A stretch of 64,000 nucleotides of DNA from an uncultured delta proteobacterium (GTDB lineage Bacteria; Desulfobacterota; RBG-13-43-22): contig CAVQFQ010000021.1 in NCBI GenBank assembly GCA_963711835.1, positions 294,632 to 358,631 of the forward strand. Reading direction: 5' to 3'. This document shows positions 1-9,533 of this stretch, piece by piece. Under the pieces are notes generated by a model. That model was not told the origin of the DNA. It did no database searches and saw nothing but the letters and a program-made list of their open reading frames with translations. Made by a program: the position numbers and the translations under genes. Each line of letters begins with the position of its first letter. Positions within the stretch are counted from its first letter, which is position 1.

Positions 1-2385
1 TTTAACCCCGCCGCCGCTCCCACAGCACTTGGCCAGAAGGCGGTTCAGCTTGAATTCTGTGAGTTCTACGCCGGGAAGCTGTTTCAAGAGCTGGCGCGGC
101 TCTTCGAAGATATTCATGTGTCGGCCCAGATCGCAGGGATCGTGATAGGCCACTTTCTGCCCGCCATTGCCTCCTTTCAAGGGAAGCCTGCCCTGGCTGA
201 TCAATTCATTGAGATAAGTGGTCACATGGTGGACCTTTATCCCTGAGCTGCCTCCGTAGGCCGGATACAGTTTGGCCAGGGTTCTAAAACAGCCCGGACA
301 ACTGGTGACGATTTCCTTTACCCCGAGCTCGGCAAATTTCTTGGTGTTGGCGCTGACGCAGGTCCTGAAATCATTTTCCAGACCGATCAGATAGCTCAAG
401 TAGCCGCAGCAGTCTTCTTCCTGGCCCAGTGTGGTATAGGAAATGCCCGCTTTGTCCAGAATGGTCATCAGGTTGGGGATCATGTTGATATCCTGATAGG
501 AGGCCACGCAGCCGGCAAAGAGAAGGACTTCGGCCCCTTTTTGTCCCTGTTTGAAACCTTCCGGAAAGACATCGGTCCGTTTTCCCCGGGGTTCCCCAAA
601 GGGATTGCCGTACTGGACGATGCTCCTGCTGCTGCTTTGAAACACCTCGGGCAAAAAGCCGCTTTCCACCAATCGTTTTCGAGCGGCCTGAACCACATCG
701 GAAACCTCGACCCGGGAAGGGCAGGTGTATTTGCAGTTCAAGCAGGTGGTGCACTGATAGAAACGCTCGGCCAACTCGGCTGAAGGCTGGAGGCGACCGC
801 TCATCAGGTTGAAGGCCAGCAGGACCCGGCCCCGGGCATTCATGGCTTCGAGATGACTTTGGGCATAGGTGGGGCAACCGGCCCGGCAAAAACCGCACTG
901 GATACAGGCCAGGATCTCATTGTCCACCTTGTCACCCAGGCTCCGGATGTCTTCCGGGGTTTCAAGAAGGTGGCGGAAGGCAAACTTGTCATAAATGTCT
1001 TCGATACTATCGGAAAAACCCATTTTCCCCGGATTCAGGATATTGTCCGGATCAAGGGTCTTCTTAATCTTTTCCATTACCTCGAGGGAAGCTCCCAGTT
1101 CTTCTTTGATGAAAGGGGACTTGGCCAGCCCCAAACCGTGCTCGGCGGTCAGGGTTCCTTTATACTTGAGTGTCAGCGCTACGAAATCCTTGGCAATCTT
1201 GCGCAGGGTCTCCCACTCCTCTTTTTTGCGGATGTCCATGAGAAGTACGGCATGGAGGTTGCCGTCCCCGATATGACCGAAGGTGGCAATCTGGGAATGG
1301 AATTTTTTCCCGATATCCTGGATTTCATGGATGACGTTTTTGATCTGGCTGATAGGCATGCCAAAATCTTCCACAATGGGGATCTGGCGGTATCCCGGTT
1401 TGACCCTCGAGAGGGAAGGCACCAGTCCCTGCCTGGCCGACCACATGACCAACCTTTTGGCCGGGTCATCGGACCATTCATTTCCCAGACCCCCAAATTC
1501 CTGGCAGATGGCATCGATTTGGGTGATATAATCCTGTACCGCCGCCTTATGCCCATCAATTTCTATAAAGAGGATGCACTTGACTTCCGGCGGAATCTCC
1601 AGGTTCATGGCCTTTTTGACCACTTCAATGGACATCTCATCCAGGATTTCACAGGAAGACAAGGGGATGCCTGAGGTCAAGATTTTCTCCACGGCATTTC
1701 CGGCTGATTCCACGGATGGGAAAGAAGCCTTAGCGAAGGCAATATAAGCCGGTTTGGGTAAAATCTTAAGTGTGGCGGAGGTAATGATTCCCAGGGTCCC
1801 TTCGGATGTGGAGAAGAGCCGGGTAAGGTCATAACCGGCGGAACTTTTCGGCGCCAGGGTTCCGGTTTTGATCACCTGGCCATCCGCCAGAACGACCTCC
1901 AATCCTTTGACGTAATCCCGGGTAGTGCCGTATTTGACCGCCCGGACCCCGCTGGCGTTGCAGGCGATCATGCCTCCAATGGTGCAGATAGGAGCGCTGC
2001 CCGGGTCAGGGGGGAAAAAGTGGGTTGGTTCAAGCCGAGCATTCAGGGCGTTGCAGACGATCCCCGGCTCAACAATGACGTAACCGTCGTTCTTATTGAT
2101 CTCCTTGATCTGGTTCATCCCGGAGAGGTCCAGCAGGATCCCGCCCTTGGCGGGCAGAACCGCACCGGTTACGCTGGTGCCGGCTCCCCGGGCCACCAGG
2201 GGAATTTTGTAGGCCGCCGCTATCTTGACTATGCCGACTACTTCTTCGGTAGTGTTAGCAAAAACAATTACATCCGGAATACCCTCGTGGACGGACATAT
2301 CCCGGGAAAAACTCATACAGTCTATGGTTCCGGTATGAACATTTCCTTCTCCAGCCACCTGTTTCAATTCATCGATATATCCCAT
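1..2385 (-). CDS. FAD-linked 2-hydroxyacid oxidoreductase (GlcD/Dld-like) fused to 4Fe-4S and CCG domains (GlcF/HdrD-like); runs off the window edge
   Basis: Absent from the ORF track because no stop lies in the window. Read by hand: ATG at 2385 after AAAAGGAG; FFPPDPGSAPICTIGGMIACNASG near 2000; Cys-rich ferredoxin motifs at 720-910; KCCGSGGGVK at 1-30; the checked segments share one frame. Confidence 0.88.
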   Translation of the reverse strand, partial: MGYIDELKQVAGEGNVHTGTIDCMSFSRDMSVHEGIPDVIVFANTTEEVVGIVKIAAAYKIPLVARGAGTSVTGAVLPAKGGILLDLSGMNQIKEINKNDGYVIVEPGIVCNALNARLEPTHFFPPDPGSAPICTIGGMIACNASGVRAVKYGTTRDYVKGLEVVLADGQVIKTGTLAPKSSAGYDLTRLFSTSEGTLGIITSATLKILPKPAYIAFAKASFPSVESAGNAVEKILTSGIPLSSCEILDEMSIEVVKKAMNLEIPPEVKCILFIEIDGHKAAVQDYITQIDAICQEFGGLGNEWSDDPAKRLVMWSARQGLVPSLSRVKPGYRQIPIVEDFGMPISQIKNVIHEIQDIGKKFHSQIATFGHIGDGNLHAVLLMDIRKKEEWETLRKIAKDFVALTLKYKGTLTAEHGLGLAKSPFIKEELGASLEVMEKIKKTLDPDNILNPGKMGFSDSIEDIYDKFAFRHLLETPEDIRSLGDKVDNEILACIQCGFCRAGCPTYAQSHLEAMNARGRVLLAFNLMSGRLQPSAELAERFYQCTTCLNCKYTCPSRVEVSDVVQAARKRLVESGFLPEVFQSSSRSIVQYGNPFGEPRGKRTDVFPEGFKQGQKGAEVLLFAGCVASYQDINMIPNLMTILDKAGISYTTLGQEEDCCGYLSYLIGLENDFRTCVSANTKKFAELGVKEIVTSCPGCFRTLAKLYPAYGGSSGIKVHHVTTYLNELISQGRLPLKGGNGGQKVAYHDPCDLGRHMNIFEEPRQLLKQLPGVELTEFKLNRLLAKCCGSGGGVK

Positions 2386-2559
2386 AATAAGACTCCTTTT
2401 GAATAGTGCGTTAAGACGCAAGGCGAAAAAACCAAGATGGATTGGGTTTACTGTTTGCTGGGTCTGTTTTCATCCTCGCTAATCTCCCGAGTTGAGAATA
2501 GGCTACCATTTTAGGCATCTCCCTTACCCTTTACGCCTTACGCCTTGCGACTGTCGTTG

Positions 2560-2991
2560 TTATTTATTAATTAAATCCTTGACCCGGGCTATTTCGGTTT
2601 CAATAAAAGGTTTGATATCCGAACCCGGCACCAGGTTTTGTTTTTCCCCTTCCGAATCTTCCGGAGCGATCTTACAGATCCAGCCCTTTTCGTAGGGCGA
2701 GGAATTAATCAATTCCGGTTCATCTTCCAGGGCTTCATTGACTGCGGTCACTTCGCCGGAAAACACGGCATAGATGCGGCCGACCCATTTCCCGGACTCC
2801 ATCGATCCAATCGGTTTGCCTTGCGTTACCTTTTGTCCTTTTTCCGGCATTTCCACATAACCGATGTCGCCGGCCAGCTTCTGGGCAAAGTCGGTGGTAC
2901 CCATGACGACCGTATCTCCCTCCAGCCGACCCCAAAAATGATTTTTATCATACCACAAATCATCCGGAAAAACGTAGCCTTCAATTTCCAT
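2560..2991 (-). CDS. gcvH: Glycine-cleavage-H-like lipoyl carrier protein (LbpA-like motif)
   Basis: WYDKNHFW...GTTDFAQKLAGDI...ESGKWVG (lipoyl-Lys)...PELINSSPYEKGWI. Confidence 0.9.
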   Translation of the reverse strand: MEIEGYVFPDDLWYDKNHFWGRLEGDTVVMGTTDFAQKLAGDIGYVEMPEKGQKVTQGKPIGSMESGKWVGRIYAVFSGEVTAVNEALEDEPELINSSPYEKGWICKIAPEDSEGEKQNLVPGSDIKPFIETEIARVKDLINK

Positions 2992-2993
2992 AC

Positions 2994-3875
2994 TCAGGCC
3001 TCCCTTTCAAATTGTTTTAGAAATTCCTTGTCTTTTACCCGGTTTAGTTTAAAGCCCAGGGCCTCGGGGCTGAAACCCATAGCCAGGCCCAGGAGCTGGG
3101 GATAGTAGAGCACCGGGACCTTCAGCTTCTGCTCCAGTTTTTTTTCAACCTTTTTTTGCTGCCCTTCGTACATAACGTTGCAGAAAGGGCAGATCAAAAC
3201 CAGACCATTTCCACCCAGGGTGTTAATCTCCGCCAATTTCTGCCCGGCCAGGGTATTGGCCAGCTCTTCCTTGGCCCCCAGGATGCTGCCCCCGCAGCAA
3301 TTCAGGAGTGTATCATAGAGCAAGGTCGTTGCTCCGGTAGCCTCAATCAGTTCCGATAAGGATCGGGGATTTTCCACCGGGTCGATCCCGCCGGTCGCCT
3401 CGGCCGGTTTGATGTAGTGGCAGCCGTAATGAGGTGCAAAACGAAATCCGGTCAGGGGCTGGGTCACTTTCGATTTGATTTTCTCAAGCCCGACTTCCTC
3501 ATAGAGGATACGAATAAAATGTTTGACCTGGATCGTTCCCTGGTAACTCAGTCCGATTTTCTGAAGCTCGCTGTTGACCCGGCTTCGCAGCTCCGGGTTG
3601 TGCGTCAGGAGGTGGTTGGCCTCGCTTAAGGAACCGCTGCAGGCGCTGCATAAGGTACAAATAGACAAGCCCTCTTTTTCAGCCAGAGCCATATTCCTGG
3701 CGGCAATGACCAGGGAATCCAGAACGCTCAGGGATTTTATGGGAAAGCCGCAGCACTGGAACGCTTCCAGGTCTACCAGCTCTATCCCGAACCCGGCAGC
3801 CACCAGACGAGCCGAAAGTTCGTAATTTAAATTACGGACCGGAACGGTACAGCCTAAAAAGAAAGCGTATTTCAT
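2994..3875 (-). CDS. hdrB: Heterodisulfide reductase subunit B
   Basis: Two CCG domains: FLGCT..QCCG..CSAC and HYGCH..NCCGG..CPFC; C-terminal YPQLLGLAMG. Confidence 0.95.
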   Translation of the reverse strand: MKYAFFLGCTVPVRNLNYELSARLVAAGFGIELVDLEAFQCCGFPIKSLSVLDSLVIAARNMALAEKEGLSICTLCSACSGSLSEANHLLTHNPELRSRVNSELQKIGLSYQGTIQVKHFIRILYEEVGLEKIKSKVTQPLTGFRFAPHYGCHYIKPAEATGGIDPVENPRSLSELIEATGATTLLYDTLLNCCGGSILGAKEELANTLAGQKLAEINTLGGNGLVLICPFCNVMYEGQQKKVEKKLEQKLKVPVLYYPQLLGLAMGFSPEALGFKLNRVKDKEFLKQFEREA

Positions 3876-3883
3876 TTTAGTTT

Positions 3884-4354
3884 CTAAGGAGTCAAGAGCT
3901 TTTTATAATCCCCAGGGTCGCTTTTTATTGTAGGCAGACCCAGTTCTTGACGCTTTTCATTTTCGAAGTCGCCGACTTCGTACATCCTGCCCTGCCGGCA
4001 GAGCAGATTCTGGGCCGCACCCATGCCCGCCGGGGCCAATCCCTTCCGAACCGCCATATTGCGCAGGGCAAAAATGACCTCGGTGAAATTAACCCCCTGG
4101 GGGCAGCTTTCCTGGCAGGTATAACAGGTCGAACAGTGCCAGAGGAATTCCTCCTTTAAAAGCGCCTCTTCCATCCCTAACAGGATCATGCGGATGATCT
4201 TCCGGGGATTGTATTCAGGTTCAATCTTTTCAATAGGGCACCTGGCCGAGCAGACCCCGCAAGCGTAACAGGTGCGGATATGCTCCCCGCCCAGTTCCTG
4301 AGCTACCCGGTGTTTAAAATCCGGATCCAATTTTTTCAGATCAATGCGTTCCAT
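3884..4354 (-). CDS. hdrC: Heterodisulfide reductase subunit C
   Basis: CYACGVCSARCP and CSTCYTCQESCP; adjacent to hdrB. Confidence 0.95.
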   Translation of the reverse strand: MERIDLKKLDPDFKHRVAQELGGEHIRTCYACGVCSARCPIEKIEPEYNPRKIIRMILLGMEEALLKEEFLWHCSTCYTCQESCPQGVNFTEVIFALRNMAVRKGLAPAGMGAAQNLLCRQGRMYEVGDFENEKRQELGLPTIKSDPGDYKKLLTP

Positions 4355-4419
4355 AGTTCAAAAAGATCAATGTTCTCCTGAAGGCCGGTTAAAGCCAGCC
4401 ACTGCGGTTACCTGCACTA

Positions 4420-6076
4420 TTAAAGCTCTCTTATTTGTTTCCTAAAATCCGTTAGTACGTCTTTCAAAACCCAAACCCTATTGCTGGAGAGGGTCTCGAA
4501 ACGCACCCTTTGGGGATCTATCCCCGCCTCCTCCAGATAATCTTGGGCCTCGGCGATACGCTCCCGGGCATAGGTATTCCCATGCCGGGAACGACAATTT
4601 TCTTCGGGACAGGCCAGAACCAGCACCCCGTCGGCACCAATGGATAGCGCCTTGAGGAGATGATCAGGATCTATCTTTCCTGCACAGGGCAAGCCAGATG
4701 AATTCCACCTGGCTATCAGCTATCAGCTTTGAGCTATGTGCTTCTTCCCAGGCCACCCCGGCCGACCGCCGGCAGCCGAAAACGATGAACTTGGGATCAC
4801 CGGCTGCCTCCTTTTCCCACAGGGCGCTTATGTCAGCCAGGCGGTTTTCCACTTCCGGATCGGAATAACCGGCGATCTGAATGGCATCCATAGGGCATTC
4901 CCCGGCGCAGATGCCGCAGCGCCGACAGGCCAGAGGATGGATAAAAACCCGATGGGTCCAGCCGATGGCCTGATGGGGGCAGAAACGCAGGCAGGTCAGA
5001 CAAACGGTGCAAAGCCCCTTATCAACCCATACCTCGCGGTCCATGGGTTCCAAGGGATGGCCCTGGAAAAACTGATGGACGGCCAGGGCCGCTCCCCGGC
5101 CTTCTTCGATAGCGGCTGAGGCCATCTGAGGACCCTTAGCCGCTCCGGCGGCAAAGATCCCGGTCCTTTGCAGCCCATAGGGCCAGAAGTGAACATTTCC
5201 CGGCTGCAGGTAACCGGAGCGGTCCAGTCCCAATTGCGCCGAGTGCGCCAGGGACTGCATTTCAGCGGGGAGGGTATGCCCGGAATCGATGACCAGCAGG
5301 TCCGGTGTTAATTCAAAGGGCTGTCCCAACAGAGGATCCCTGAATTGAAGGGTGACCTGATCCCCGTTTTGAACAAATTCCGGCCTTTCGTTGTCAAATT
5401 TAAAAAAAACTACCCCGGCATCTCGGCATTCCTGATAAAGCCTCTCCAGTCCCTCCTCGGCCACTTTAATGTTGCCGGAAAAAAAATAAACCTGAGCTTC
5501 CAACCTGTTCCGGATGGCTATCGCCGCTTCCAAAGCCTGGGCCATGTCGGCAACTCCCCCGGAGCCGGTCAGCCCGACCAGAAAGGCCGCATACGAATGG
5601 GATTTCAACGAAGCAACAACTCCGGGAGCGGCCGGGAGGGAACTTAATTCCTCAACGAGGCGATCAAGGCTTATGGTCTGCCTGGAAGAAGCCGGAAGGC
5701 AGGTAGAACATTTTTGTTCCGGAACCAACTCCGGCGCCAGGATAATCGCCCCAACGGATTCGTTCCATTCTTTTTGGATGGATGTTAATCGAACCTGGAA
5801 ATCCCCGGCAAAGCCATCAACCGCATTGACCCGGGTTTCGGGAAAAAAAGAAAACTGGCCATGGGCTCCCAGCCGTTCCGCCAAATTCCGGGCGTAATCC
5901 GGCAGCTCCCGATCTCCCGGGAGCAAGGAATTTACCTTCTCCATGTCCATCTCCGGACAAGCTAATAAAACCTCATACCCGAAATGGATCAACTGGGAGG
6001 CGGCTTCCAGGGCCGTCAGCCCTCCGCCGACGGTTAACACCCGGGGCCTTTTTTGAAATTCCTGGAGGGGAATCAC
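4420..6076 (-). CDS. HdrA-like flavoprotein with 2x4Fe-4S and a C-terminal MvhD domain (QmoB-like architecture); frameshift near 4690
   Basis: Probable GTG start at 6076 overlaps the upstream stop. Motifs VGGGLTAL, CTVCLTCLRFCP, CRRCGICAGECP and FGCRRS, continuing in ORF 4420..4692 as PCAGKID..GADGVLVLACPEENC. Confidence 0.8.
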
Positions 6077-7141
6077 GCCGGATCTCCCTCCTTTAAAAAT
6101 TGCAGTACCTCTTCGGCCGCCTGCTGGGCCTGAGAGACCGACCTGGCAATGCTTTTGGGACCGCAAACGGTCCCGGCCATGAAAACCCCTTGGGCAGACG
6201 CAAGCGAAAACGAGGACCCGTTCCGGCCTAAGAATCCATCGGCCGTCAATGGGAGATTGAATAGTTGACTTAAACCGATTAGGTCTGCTCCCGGCATTAA
6301 ACCGATCGAAAGGACCACCAGATCAAAGGCTTCTTTTTGACTCGGCCGGCCGTCATCCTGCTGATAGGTCAGGATGAGTCGATCGTTGTCTCCTCCTTGA
6401 ACATCTCCCGGGATGGCCCGGATAAATCGTAATTGCTGTCGGGCTTCTTCCAGAAACATGGAAAAATCTTTTCCAAAATTCTGAATGTCCATATAAAAGA
6501 TCAGTGATCTCCGTTTCCGGCTTTTTGTATTTGAGAAGTGTTGCCATACGCAAGGCATACCCGCAACATACCTGGGAGCAAAAGGGATGTCCCAGATGCA
6601 GATCGCGGCTGCCGACACACTGAATAAAAGCGATGGACTTGGGCGGGGTTTGATCGGATGGCTTGAGGATACTCCCGGTTTCTTTGAGCTGTCTTTCCAG
6701 GTCCAAACCGGTGACTACGTTGGGAAGGTTTCCATAACGATACTGAGGTTTGTCTTCTGCCCTGAAGGGGGTAAAACCGGTGGCCAGGACCAGGGCCTCG
6801 GCCCTGCCCTCCCCGGCCCCTCCAGGGCCGCTAAAGGTGTAGAGGAAATCCTTTTGCTCCTTTTTTATTTCCTTGAGTTCCGTTTCAAGGTGGATCTGTA
6901 TCCGAGGCGTCTCACCCGGTCCTGCCAAAGCCAGTGATCTGAGGGTATCATTTAGAAGGCAGGCCCCGCACTGCTGACAGGCTTTGGTGGCTTTACAACA
7001 AAAATTGCGGACCATCCCGCCTAAGATCGGAGATTTTTCAATCAGGTCAACGGAAATATTCAGGCGGTTCAAGGCCAGGGCCGCTGTCAGGCCGGCAATG
7101 CCGCCGCCGAGGATTAATACGTTGGGGTTACTTGAGGTCAA
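6073..7141 (-). CDS. hdrA: Short HdrA-like FAD/Fe-S protein; frameshift near 6500
   Basis: ILGGGIAG, YRYGNLPNVVTGLDLE, FIQCVGSR..CSQVCC, then FYMDIQNFGK and GVFMAGTVCGPKSI across ORFs 6353..7141 and 6073..6618. Confidence 0.85.
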
Positions 7142-8017
7142 AGCAGTTCCCCTATCCGTTCCTCCGCCCCTCTGAGCAGGAGGTGGATTCCCCGAAAACG
7201 GCCGTCTTCCCTGACCGCCCGGATTACTCCTGCCGCCATCTCCAGGGAACGAGAGAGCATCTTCTCCTCTTCCAAGGTCCTAAATTCGTCAAGAACAGCC
7301 GGGGGAACGACCAGGCCCGGCAGGCGTCCCTTTAGGGGGCCGGCAAAATCCTTGGGCTTGAAAAGGCGGATCGTGGCCAGCAGGGGTTTCCCCGGTTTCT
7401 GCAATGATGGACAGGAATTCCCCAATGCCTTCCAGATCGAAGAGAGGATGGGTAATGAAAAAATCAGCCCCGGCCGCTATCTTCTTATGGAACTTGAGGA
7501 CCTGGGGTCCCAGGGGATCTGTTTTTAAAGGCACCAAAGCCCCGGCCGTAAATTGGGGCAGCCTTCCTTCCAGAGGTTTTCCCATGAGATTCGTTCCGGC
7601 CTTGAATTGGGAAATAGCTTGCAATAGTTGAATGGAATCGAGATCGAAGACCGGCTTGGCCTGGGGGTGATCTCCCCAGGAGAGGTAATCGCCGGTAAGG
7701 GCCAGGATATTGGAAATACCCAGGACGGCGGCACCCAGGAGGTCGGACTGCAAGGCCAGACGATTTCGGTCCCGGCAGGTCAGGGTCATAATGGGTTCAA
7801 GCCCTTGATCCAGGAGGTATCGGCTGAAGGCCAGGGGCGACATATGCAGTTTGGCCTGATGGTTGTCCGGGACAACCGCCGCTTGAACTTTCCCCTTAAG
7901 AAAGGCGATTTTATCGTCCTTAAGGGAAGGATCCGCACTGTGGGGCGGGTCCAGTTCACAAAGAATGATAAAGCGGTCCGAGGCCAAGGTCTGGGAGAAA
8001 CTACTGGGTTCCGGCAT
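7138..8017 (-). CDS. metF: Methylenetetrahydrofolate reductase; frameshift near 7400
   Basis: EPIMTLTCRDRNRLALQSDLLGA, ALTGDY..GDHPQAKPVFDLDS, KKIAAGADFFIT. Confidence 0.9.
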
Positions 8018-8684
8018 GATACCTCCGCAGGTAGGCTCTATGGGTTACCTTCCCGGGCCGGGTCTGCCGGCTGTAGTCGGCCGGAGGAAGGATGCCCTGG
8101 ATATTTTCCAGTCTGTTTTCTTCTGCCAAACGGTCATAGATCATAACCCAGGCACAGGGCCGGTCCGGATCCACCTCGCATTTTCCGCCGGCCATGCCTC
8201 CGCAGGGACCGTTGTTGAGTCCTTTGGTGCACATCGTTCTGGGACAGATGCCGCCGGTCAATGACAGGACGCAATCCCCGCAGGCCCGGCAGCGCTCGGT
8301 CCACATACCGGCCGCTTCGGTCACACCGATAAAGGTGGTGTTTACACCGGCATAGACCGGTTTGTCGGGATAGGCTTCGGCTAAGAATTGGATGCCGGCT
8401 CCACAGGCTAGCGACAAGAGGGCGTCGTACTCTCCGACCTGTTGGCGAATCATTTCCAGAAATTCCCGGTCGCATTGCCGCTCCAGGGTTACTTCGGAAA
8501 TCTTCACTTCTTTCTTGTCGAGTCGAAAATTCATCCGCAGTTGGCTGGCCAGGAGACCCACTTCCTTCTTGCCGCCGGCCAGGCAGACGGCCACACAGGT
8601 CCCGCAGCCGACGACCAAAATGTTTTGGTAGGGGGCCAGGAATTTTTTGATCTCTTCAAAGGGTTTTCGTTGGGCAACGATCAT
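8001..8684 (-). CDS. metV: MetV (methylene-THF reductase Fe-S/Zn partner subunit)
   Basis: GCGTCVAVC, LERQCD, LACGAG, ERCRACGDC..GICPRTMCTKGLNNGPCGG..CEVD..CAW; adjacent to metF. Confidence 0.92.
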   Translation of the reverse strand: MIVAQRKPFEEIKKFLAPYQNILVVGCGTCVAVCLAGGKKEVGLLASQLRMNFRLDKKEVKISEVTLERQCDREFLEMIRQQVGEYDALLSLACGAGIQFLAEAYPDKPVYAGVNTTFIGVTEAAGMWTERCRACGDCVLSLTGGICPRTMCTKGLNNGPCGGMAGGKCEVDPDRPCAWVMIYDRLAEENRLENIQGILPPADYSRQTRPGKVTHRAYLRRYHAGTQ

Positions 8685-8796
8685 AAAAATCACCTATGAA
8701 TCCGAAATTCAAAGTTCAAAGTGCAAAATGCAAAATGATAAAATTCCGAAATAACCCTTTCCCTAATTTTGCACTTTGCATTTTTCATTTTACATT

Positions 8797-8932
8797 TTGA
8801 TGGACTCGTAAAAAGTCATCAAAGCCGTCACCCCGGCGAAAGCCGGGGTCCAGAAGTGCTTGAGTTTCCTGGATTCCGGCTTCCGCCGGAATGACTCAGG
8901 GTAGATGATTTTAACTTTTTACGAACTTGTCA
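8797..8932. mobile_element. MITE-like element carrying a REP-like hairpin doublet
   Basis: Imperfect terminal inverted repeats TGATGGACTCGTAAAAAGT / ACTTTTTACGAACTTGTCA; inner hairpins GTCACCCCGGCGAAAGCCGGGGTC and GGATTCCGGCTTCCGCCGGAATGAC. Confidence 0.7.
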
Positions 8933-8939
8933 TTTTGAA

Positions 8940-9362
8940 TTATAGTTTTTTTTCTCTTTTAAGCGGATTCGGCCCTAATTCCCTCGCCCGCCGGTCATTT
9001 CTGTCACGGCTCGGGCCCAGGCCGGGGCGTCGGAGGCACCGATGTGGAACATCTCCAGACGTTCCGGTTCCAGTCCGATTTCTGTTAAAAGCGTTTTCGT
9101 GTATTCCACCCGCTCTTTCGCTCTGAGATTTCCTTCCAGGAAATGGCAGTCGCCGATTTCTCAGCCGCCGACCAGGACGGCATCGGCACCTCCTTTCAAA
9201 GGCCTTTAAAATATGCGGATATCAATCTTGCCGGTGCAGAGGTACTTTGACGATTCGAACGTTATGCGGGTACTGGAGCCGCATGGAACCGGCCATGTCC
9301 GCCGCCATATAGGTGCAGTAGGTGCAGACCATGGCAATAATTTTGGGTTCGAAGGATTCCAT
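8940..9362 (-). CDS. mvhD: MvhD [2Fe-2S] subunit, selenocysteine-containing; several indels
   Basis: MESFEPKIIAMVCTYCTYMAADMAGSMRLQYP..CTGKID..GADAVLVGG-TGA(9163-9161)-EIGDCHFLEGNLRAKERV..IGLEPERLEMF. Confidence 0.88.
9127..9160 (-). promoter_or_regulatory. Putative bacterial SECIS element of mvhD
   Basis: Hairpin ATTTCCT-GGA-AGGAAAT begins 17 nt after the in-frame UGA, with G first in the apical loop. Confidence 0.7.
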
Positions 9363-9533
9363 TTTAACAAAACCCGTAAGGCGCAAGTCGTAAGGCGCGA
9401 GTCGTTAAAAGCAGCCGGCTTTGCCCTTTCCGATTTGACCCCTCCAAAAACGATTGTTTCAGTTATCCGTTTCCTCAACGACCTTTACCCCTTACCCCTT
9501 AGCGGTTACGCCTTGCGCCTTACGACTCACGCC

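Noticed and set aside
371-2406. Listed ORFs such as 853..1674 (+), 2020..2406 (+) and 371..898 (-)
   Set aside because: Antisense or off-frame shadows of the GlcD-GlcF fusion gene.
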